A stretch of 64,000 bases of DNA from an uncultured Bdellovibrionales bacterium (GTDB lineage Bacteria > Patescibacteriota > Minisyncoccia > Moranbacterales > UBA9337), in assembly GCA_964605525.1 (NCBI GenBank), contig CAZSCV010000002.1:5888-69887 (forward strand), given 5' to 3'. Below, one piece after another: positions 57,545 through 64,000 of this stretch; the first letter of the stretch is position 1, and each line of letters opens with the position of its first letter. The notes below the pieces were generated by a model that saw only the letters and a program-made list of their open reading frames with translations, did not search any database and was not told the origin of the DNA. The position numbers and the translations under genes were made by a program.

Positions 57545-58588
57545 ATGAATAAATCAAAAAGCGTAAAAATATCTGAAAAAAATGAACCTTTGGCAATCAA
57601 GTCCATGAAGGTTGTTTTGGATTTTCTTCCAGAAAGAGCGGAAAAAATCTTGAAAATGAGATTCGGAGTTATTAATGGTCATCCAGCAACACTGGAGGAA
57701 ATAGGAAAAAAATATGGAATAACCAGGGAAAGAGTTCGCCAGATTATAAAAGAGGCATTAAATAAGGTAAAAAGAAAAAAAGTCAAAAGCGGAGCTTCCA
57801 TTGAACAGGAGATTAAATTTGCAATCAATAAAAGTAATGGTATAATCAGAGAAGAAAAGTTATTGAACCAAGTAAGTGATAATGTCAAAGCTCAAGGAGC
57901 CGTCAAGTTTTTTTTGAAAGTTATTGACGGGGTGAATTCCAGGTCTGCCAGCGCGGAGATGGAAAAAGTTTTTTATGTGAAAGATTTTGATTTTTCAAAA
58001 TGGAAAGATTGCAAGGATATTGCAAAAAAGATATTGGAAAAGAAAAATGTTTCAATTCCGTCTGATGAAATCGTAAAAGAGATTTCCGCCGCAGATGCAA
58101 ATATTGAAAAATCCGCAATTTTGGATTATTTGGATGTTTGCAAGGAGGTAAAAATCAATAATTTTGGAAAATGGGGAATGATTCAATGGAGCGATATTAC
58201 TCCAAAAGGAACAAGAGAAAAAGCTTTTCTCGTAATGAAAGAACATGGAGAACCTCTTCATTTTACTAATGTAGCGGAGTTTATTGACAAATACGGGTTA
58301 AGCAAAAGAAAATCTCATCCGCAAACAGTGCATAATGAATTGATTAAGGACACTCGGTTTGTTTTGGTTGGCAGGGGCGTTTACGCTTTGGCAGAGTGGG
58401 GATACAAGAGAGGGACGGTTAAGGATGTGCTCGAGGAAATTTTTCGAGAAAGCGGACAGCCGATGAGCCGGGATGAAATTCTGAACAAGGTTCTGTCCAG
58501 TCGAAAAGTCAAGAAATCCACTATTATGATAAATCTGAACAATTTTTTTGTTCGAGTTGATAAAGATAGATATGCAATAAAAAAATAA
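57545..58588 (+). CDS. sigma-70 region-4-like HTH protein with a C-terminal winged-helix-like domain (putative transcription regulator)
   Basis: LPERAEKILKMRFG..TLEEIGKKYGITRERVRQIIKEALNKV is a textbook sigma-70 region 4.2 HTH; no regions 2 or 3 are present. Confidence 0.55.
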   Translation: MNKSKSVKISEKNEPLAIKSMKVVLDFLPERAEKILKMRFGVINGHPATLEEIGKKYGITRERVRQIIKEALNKVKRKKVKSGASIEQEIKFAINKSNGIIREEKLLNQVSDNVKAQGAVKFFLKVIDGVNSRSASAEMEKVFYVKDFDFSKWKDCKDIAKKILEKKNVSIPSDEIVKEISAADANIEKSAILDYLDVCKEVKINNFGKWGMIQWSDITPKGTREKAFLVMKEHGEPLHFTNVAEFIDKYGLSKRKSHPQTVHNELIKDTRFVLVGRGVYALAEWGYKRGTVKDVLEEIFRESGQPMSRDEILNKVLSSRKVKKSTIMINLNNFFVRVDKDRYAIKK

Positions 58589-58629
58589 AGCAGTCTAGCG
58601 GTTTATTTTTTATACCAAAAACAAAATAA

Positions 58630-59910
58630 ATGTTTGAAATAATCAGGGAATCTTTTCTGAATTTAGGCGAAAGCATTTCAGGTGGGTGGCAAATATTGTC
58701 CCATATCTGGTTTATTGTGCTTCCGCCTGTTTTGTATTATTTGTTTAAATTGATTTGGATGGATTTTGTCCAAAATAAATTTCTCGGATCATTGCAATGG
58801 GTGATGCTGGAAATTATTCCTCCGCGGGAAATTGAAAGAAGCCCCCAGCCGATGGAATCAATTTTTAACGGATTGACCGGGGTGTACAAAGGTCTTAATG
58901 CGAAAGACTTGTATGTTGACGGCGCGCTCACATTGAGTTTCAGTCTAGAATTGGTAAGTGACGCCGGACAAGTGCATTTCTATATCCGCACCACAAAACA
59001 AAACAGGGGGCTTGTCGAATCCCACATATACGCGCAATATCCGGATGCAGAAATTCTGGAAGTTCCCGATTATACAAATGATGTTCCGAAAATTATTCCA
59101 AACAAGACTTGGGAGCTTTGGGGAACTGATTTTATGCTTATTAAACCGGATGCTTATCCGATCAGGAGTTATAGCTGGTTTGAAGAAAGTGTAACCGGAA
59201 AAATGATTGATCCTTTGTCCTCATTGGTTGAAGCGATGGGAACAGCTGGTCCTGGACAACAACTCTGGTTTCAAATTATTATTATCCCCGAAGAGTTGAA
59301 TTATTATAATTCCGGAAGAGTATTGATAGATAAGCTGGCAGGAAGAGTGAAAAAAGAAAATCCAGGAATTTTGAGCGGTGTTGGAAAAGATTTCGTTGAT
59401 GTTATAAAAGGAGTTTTTCAGGGAATTTTTTCTCCGGTAGAATTTTCTCCAGCAAAGGAAAATAAAAAAGAGGAGGTTCCATTGGAATTCCGCCTTACTC
59501 CAGGAGAGAAAGACGCAATGAAAGCAATTGAAGAATCAATGGGGAAGGCTGTTTTCCTGACAAAAATTCGTTTCCTTGTGGTTGGAAAAAGACAAGGATT
59601 CGACCGTTCGATAATCGGTGCTTTTATGGGAGGCGTCCGTCAGTTTTCTGATTCCAATTTGAATGGATTCAAGCATGATAATACTTCGAAAACTTACGGA
59701 ATTCATTGGGGCGGAAAAATGCGCACACTTTATCGTCAAAGAAAAATATTTCAGCGTTACAAGGATCGTGATCCTACCGGAACGAAATTTTTTCTCAATA
59801 CTGAAGAGTTGGCGACAATTTTTCATTTTCCGGATATGGCCGTGGTTGCGCCTTCAGTGAGAAAAGTTGAATCCAAACGTGGAGGAGCTCCATCAAATCT
59901 GCCAATTTAA
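58630..59910 (+). CDS. hypothetical membrane protein (N-terminal TM hairpin, large soluble domain)
   Basis: TM segments IWFIVLPPVLYYLFKLIWMDF; no known motif; 44-bp gap to the downstream ATPase, same strand. Confidence 0.55.
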   Translation: MFEIIRESFLNLGESISGGWQILSHIWFIVLPPVLYYLFKLIWMDFVQNKFLGSLQWVMLEIIPPREIERSPQPMESIFNGLTGVYKGLNAKDLYVDGALTLSFSLELVSDAGQVHFYIRTTKQNRGLVESHIYAQYPDAEILEVPDYTNDVPKIIPNKTWELWGTDFMLIKPDAYPIRSYSWFEESVTGKMIDPLSSLVEAMGTAGPGQQLWFQIIIIPEELNYYNSGRVLIDKLAGRVKKENPGILSGVGKDFVDVIKGVFQGIFSPVEFSPAKENKKEEVPLEFRLTPGEKDAMKAIEESMGKAVFLTKIRFLVVGKRQGFDRSIIGAFMGGVRQFSDSNLNGFKHDNTSKTYGIHWGGKMRTLYRQRKIFQRYKDRDPTGTKFFLNTEELATIFHFPDMAVVAPSVRKVESKRGGAPSNLPI

Positions 59911-59954
59911 TGGTGAAGTTTATTGATTTGATTTAATGTTTTAATAAAAATAAT

Positions 59955-61772
59955 ATGTCTGATATAACATTTTTTGCCAAAACAAATTTTCGCAATAAAG
60001 AAACTGAATTTGGGATAAAAACCGATGATCGACGGAGGCATATTTATGTGATTGGAAAAACCGGTATGGGAAAAACCAATTTGCTTGAGCATTTGGTTAT
60101 TCAGGATATTCGTAATGGACATGGAGTGGCATATATTGATCCGCATGGTGATACGGCGGAAAAAATTCTCAAAGCTGTTCCATCGGAAAGAATTAATGAT
60201 GTGATTTATCTCAATCCGTCAGACGCGGAATTTCCAATTGCTTTTAATATCTTGGAGGCAGTCGACGAGGATAAGAAAAATTTGGTGGCATCCGGAATGA
60301 TGGGAGTATTTAAAAAGATTTGGCCGGATGTGTGGAGTCCTCGAATGGAGTATATTTTGAACAATACAATTTTGGCGCTTTTGGATTATCCAGGGTCAAC
60401 AATGCTTGGAGTGAGCCGGATGATGTCAGATAAGGATTATCGGAAGCGGGTTTATGTAAAAATCAAAGATCCGGTGGTAAAATCTTTCTGGATTAATGAG
60501 TTTGACAAATGGGAAGATCGTTTTCGAAAAGAGGCAGTGGCGGCGATTCAAAATAAGGTTGGACAGTTTCTTTCTTCATCCGTAATCCGGCACATTGTAG
60601 GACAGCCGAAATCGACGATTGATATGCGCGATATTATGGATAATAAGAAAATTTTAATTGTCAATCTTTCCAAAGGGAGAATCGGAGAAGATGCAATGCG
60701 CCTTTTGGGAGGAATGATTGTGACAAAAATTCAGCTGGGAGTAATGGGGCGCGTGGATATTCCGGAGGAGGAAAGAAAAGATTTTTACTTGCATGTGGAT
60801 GAATTTCAAAATTTTGCCACTGAATCGTTTGCCAGCATTCTTTCCGAGGCGCGAAAATACCGCTTAAGCTTGACCTTGGCGCATCAATATATCAGCCAGC
60901 TTGTTATTGATGGAAACGCGACAGTTCGCGATGCGATTTTCGGAAATGTTGGAACGCTGATCGCTTTTCGTGTTGGAGCTGAAGATGCTGAACAATTGGA
61001 AAAAGAATTTGAGCCGATTTTTACTGCTAATGATATTATTAATTTGCCGAAATATCACGTTTATTTGAAACTGATGATTGATGGTGTGGCGGGAGATGCT
61101 TTTTCTGCGACTACTTTGCCTCCGGTTGAAATAAAATCAACAGAAAAGAATTTTGAAAAGATTATTCGAAATTCCCGCGAAAGATATGGAAGCAATAAAA
61201 AAGAGGTGGAAGATCGGATTGCAAGATGGAGCGGAATGGTTATTGACAGCGGAGTGACTTTCGACGGCGGAGAAAATATGTATGAAGATAGGAACACAAA
61301 TCCACAAAGAAATTATCCGAAAGAACAAAGACCTGAAAAACAGCCATCCGTTCAGGCGGTAAAAGATCTTCCGGAAAAAGTAGTTGCGCCTCAAAAATCT
61401 GAAACTGAAGAAGTTGAGCGCGTTTTGTATGATGCCAAATGCGCCACTTGTGAAACCACCATCAAAGTTCCTTTTCGTCCGGATGGAAAACGTCCAACTT
61501 TTTGCAAGGATTGCCTCAAAGACTATCAACGGACGGTGGCGAAATCTAAACAGCAAATGGAAGAAAAGGAGAATTTCAAAAAAGAATCAAAAAAAGAGGT
61601 TGAGGATCCGCGGATAATTGAACGGGTAGCATACAAGGCGCCTGAAAATCCGGTCAAGCTCTCCCAATTGAAAAATGTCGCTCCGAAAAAATTCAAGAAT
61701 CTTCGCAAGAAACCTAATGTTGATTTGAAAGGAATACGCGACTTAATCAGTAAAAATCAAGAAAAAAAATAA
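59955..61772 (+). CDS. TraD/TraG/VirD4-like (TrwB-type) P-loop ATPase lacking TM segments, with a C-terminal C4 zinc ribbon
   Basis: Walker A RHIYVIGKTGMGKT, DPHGD, Walker B HVDEFQNF, and ARKYRLSLTLAHQYISQL (TraG-D_C-like); C-terminal CATC-x17-CKDC. Confidence 0.5.
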   Translation: MSDITFFAKTNFRNKETEFGIKTDDRRRHIYVIGKTGMGKTNLLEHLVIQDIRNGHGVAYIDPHGDTAEKILKAVPSERINDVIYLNPSDAEFPIAFNILEAVDEDKKNLVASGMMGVFKKIWPDVWSPRMEYILNNTILALLDYPGSTMLGVSRMMSDKDYRKRVYVKIKDPVVKSFWINEFDKWEDRFRKEAVAAIQNKVGQFLSSSVIRHIVGQPKSTIDMRDIMDNKKILIVNLSKGRIGEDAMRLLGGMIVTKIQLGVMGRVDIPEEERKDFYLHVDEFQNFATESFASILSEARKYRLSLTLAHQYISQLVIDGNATVRDAIFGNVGTLIAFRVGAEDAEQLEKEFEPIFTANDIINLPKYHVYLKLMIDGVAGDAFSATTLPPVEIKSTEKNFEKIIRNSRERYGSNKKEVEDRIARWSGMVIDSGVTFDGGENMYEDRNTNPQRNYPKEQRPEKQPSVQAVKDLPEKVVAPQKSETEEVERVLYDAKCATCETTIKVPFRPDGKRPTFCKDCLKDYQRTVAKSKQQMEEKENFKKESKKEVEDPRIIERVAYKAPENPVKLSQLKNVAPKKFKNLRKKPNVDLKGIRDLISKNQEKK

Positions 61773-61805
61773 AATAAAAAATTAATATAATTTTTTTAAA
61801 ATAAA

Positions 61806-62435
61806 ATGGATAAAAAATCAAAGGTACTGATAGCAGTTTTTGTTGCGTTAATTTTTATTTCCGTCGGAGCGACATATTGGAGAATAGTGATTAAAAAGGA
61901 CTATATCATTGAATCGCAAGTTGATTGTGATCCATATGAAGAAGAGTGTTTTGTTTGGGAATGTGATCCGCAGTCTTCTGTTGAGGGAGAAGCGTGCACC
62001 GGAAAACCCGAAGAAGATGTTTGGTATTTCAAAGTTGTCAGAAGAAATGCCGGCAACATTCCTCTTTGCGATCCGGATGCGGATGAAGAATGTGAGCCGT
62101 TTTTGTGCTCTGAGGATGAGAAAGATTGCGAGGAGGAATTCTGCGCCGAGGAAAATATGGAAAATTATTCCGCGGCAAGTTGCAATGATCCTGCTATTTT
62201 TTCCGCTCAAAATCCGATTGAAGAAACCGACGAATGCCTCGAGGAGGAAGATGATTGCGTAAAAGATGCGGAAGTTTTGGAAGAAATTGATAATGAAAAG
62301 GAGATTGATGTGCTGGAAAATCAGGAGGGGATTTTGGATGCCGAAAGTGATACTTTAAAAGATGATGATGCAGAGGAGAATATGCCAATGGAAAATGCTG
62401 ATCAAGCCGTGCCAATAGAAATAATTCCTTTGTAA
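61806..62435 (+). CDS. acidic, cysteine-rich secreted/anchored protein (hypothetical)
   Basis: N-terminal TM/signal anchor; 18 Cys and more than 35% D+E in the mature part. Confidence 0.5.
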   Translation: MDKKSKVLIAVFVALIFISVGATYWRIVIKKDYIIESQVDCDPYEEECFVWECDPQSSVEGEACTGKPEEDVWYFKVVRRNAGNIPLCDPDADEECEPFLCSEDEKDCEEEFCAEENMENYSAASCNDPAIFSAQNPIEETDECLEEEDDCVKDAEVLEEIDNEKEIDVLENQEGILDAESDTLKDDDAEENMPMENADQAVPIEIIPL

Positions 62436-62579
62436 ATATTTATAAAAGTTAGAGAATCTAAATAAATATAAAAAGGAGGTATGTGATTAGGAATAAACAA
62501 TATTATCCTTGTTTTGTTTGACTTTTGCCTTGCTTAATGATACTTTGAATAAAGTTAAATGGAGTATAATTTTAAATTT

Positions 62580-63212
62580 ATGAACAAGAAAAATATCATT
62601 ATTTTAGCAGTTGTTCTGACAATCATCATTGTCGGAGGTTTTTTGGTCTGGAAAGGTGATCAGAAGGTTGAAGTTATTGAGGAACAGGGTCAAGATCAGA
62701 ATCAACAGCAAGGAGAAGATCAGCAGACGGTGGTTGATACAAGTGATTGGAAGACTTACAGAAATGAAGAATATGGGTTTGAGATTGAATTGCCTGGGAA
62801 TATGAACAAATGGAATATAGAAAAAAAAGTTTTCCCTAAGAGCGATATATATAGTGCGGAAACAGTAGCCTTGTATTTAAATTATGATTTAGATACGAGT
62901 ATTCAGCGCGCAGAGAATGATTCAGCATTAGGAATGATAAATGAGATGGGTTTGTATTATATAAGTATTATACCTATAGAGATATGGAGACAAGATATTT
63001 GTGATTCTGTGAAGGATGGTCCATGCTATCAGGGAGAAGTGTTGGGAAAAAATAATTTGTACGTTTTTGAGTCAGGGTTTACAAGTATCGAAGGTGCTGG
63101 CTATTTGTGTTTAGAGAAAGGCAATATGCAAAAAGAATTTTGTGCCGTAGATAAAAATTTTGGCAGAGATGATATTATAAGTCGGTTAAATTTTAGATTA
63201 ATAAAGGAGTGA
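62580..63212 (+). CDS. hypothetical secreted protein (signal anchor, Q/D/E-rich linker)
   Basis: ORF with an N-terminal hydrophobic segment; start ambiguous (62559 or 62580). Confidence 0.45.
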   Translation: MNKKNIIILAVVLTIIIVGGFLVWKGDQKVEVIEEQGQDQNQQQGEDQQTVVDTSDWKTYRNEEYGFEIELPGNMNKWNIEKKVFPKSDIYSAETVALYLNYDLDTSIQRAENDSALGMINEMGLYYISIIPIEIWRQDICDSVKDGPCYQGEVLGKNNLYVFESGFTSIEGAGYLCLEKGNMQKEFCAVDKNFGRDDIISRLNFRLIKE

Positions 63213-63275
63213 GTAAATAGATATAGTAGTATCTTGAAAATTTAATAAAATCAGGGAGGTGCTTATTGAGATTGA

Positions 63276-63743
63276 AAGGACGTTGCCATTTTTGATTCAA
63301 CCTCCACAAATCCATACGGTCATGTTGCTGTTATTGATAGTATCAATGGGGATCAAATAACTATCAGTGAGTGGAATTATGGATCGCTGTCTTCTGATTC
63401 AGCAAAACGTGCCTGTGGTGTGACTAATGAATTTGGTGTGTTGCATAATCCTGTTCGCACAATATCCAAAAGTAGTGTGTCCAAATTTTGGAGGCCAAAT
63501 TTTTCTAGTGATTCTATCTCTATGGAAGCTCAAATGCGCGTTGTCGGTCAAATCGGCTGGTATCCGGCTAATAAAACCTGCATTAACGCGGATTACTGGG
63601 CGCGAATAGTAGATAATAAAGCTGTTCAATCTCTTGGAGACTATTCCGCTTGTTATGAGGTTGGGTTGGGATATATAACCAATCCTGAATACGCGGATAT
63701 TCTTTTTGGAACTGGCGATTTGCCGGAAATTTGCATTCAATAA
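63276..63743 (+). pseudogene. truncated CHAP-domain (peptidoglycan amidase/peptidase) fragment lacking the N-terminal Cys half
   Basis: Frame opens after a stop at 63273; translation ..FDSTSTNPYGHVAVIDSINGDQITISEWNYG matches the His-containing CHAP C-terminal half; first ATG only at 63420. Confidence 0.45.
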
Positions 63744-63760
63744 AACGAGGAGGATTACCA

Positions 63761-64000
63761 ATGAAAGTAAAAATAATTTTACTGATGATACTTTTTGTAT
63801 TATCAATCCCTCTGTTCATATTTGCAGCGGAGTGTGGAAATATGGAAATAGTTCAGTTAGGTTCGGAAAATTCCGATAACGACAGTATTTCTATCCCCAC
63901 CAAAAATTCCTCAGTCAAAGTCCGCGAGATCCAAATCTCTGACGATGACGACAAGATGATTTCTCATTCCCTCATCAAAGAGCCGGATCAGAAATATCAC
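63761..64000 (+). CDS. hypothetical secreted protein, 3' end outside window
   Basis: MKVKIILLMILFVLSIPLFIFAA signal peptide; ORF continues past the window end. Confidence 0.4.
   Translation, partial: MKVKIILLMILFVLSIPLFIFAAECGNMEIVQLGSENSDNDSISIPTKNSSVKVREIQISDDDDKMISHSLIKEPDQKYH

Noticed and set aside
62470-62486. Strong SD AAAGGAGGT followed by ATG-TGA
   Set aside because: A one-codon ORF. I considered whether it signals the UGA=Gly code (code 25) of some CPR lineages. I rejected this because fusA, tuf, secY, lepA and the r-proteins are full-length with no in-frame TGA, and several genes terminate at TGA.

Overview
This 64-kb window comes from an AT-rich, gene-dense bacterial genome. Almost every gene is on the + strand. 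By inference it is Candidate Phyla Radiation / Patescibacteria: there is no L30 gene between rpsE and rplO, S14 is the zinc-binding type Z, most starts lack a Shine-Dalgarno sequence, several r-proteins carry K/E-rich tails, type IV pilins are present, and there is a minimal group-3-like [NiFe] hydrogenase. Under the standard code with TGA as stop, the conserved genes are full length.

Gene content in order:
- A partial hypothetical ORF and a class A PBP.
- A YgjP-like metallohydrolase.
- The str operon rpsL-rpsG-fusA, with a flavoprotein gene inserted before tuf.
- An S10/spc/alpha ribosomal-protein cluster running from rpsJ to rplO. It is rearranged (S19-L22-L2-S3) and lacks L30.
- typA and a small ORF, inserted before secY-map.
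- ruvX, a GT2 glycosyltransferase, a galT-like gene and dedA.
- tpiA and fba.
- A hydrogenase/maturation cluster: hypC, hypD, an inserted two-gene island, hypE, a small Zn-ribbon membrane protein, a truncated hypF-like gene on the minus strand carrying in-frame palindromic repeats, a DnaQ-like exonuclease, two pilins, the hydrogenase small and large subunits, and a Cys-less hypA-like gene.
- gap, an amidohydrolase, murD, trxB, a GT4 glycosyltransferase, a DUF4012 protein and murJ.
- A single-gene cassette (a membrane-anchored Mrr-type nuclease domain) bounded by roughly 70-bp inverted repeats, next to a decayed tyrosine recombinase.
- lepA, rplU, and recR and dnaB on the minus strand.
- A terminal block of unusual genes: a sigma-70 region-4 HTH protein, a membrane protein, a TraD/VirD4-like ATPase with a zinc ribbon, acidic Cys-rich secreted proteins and a CHAP-domain fragment.

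No rRNA, tRNA or CRISPR array was found.
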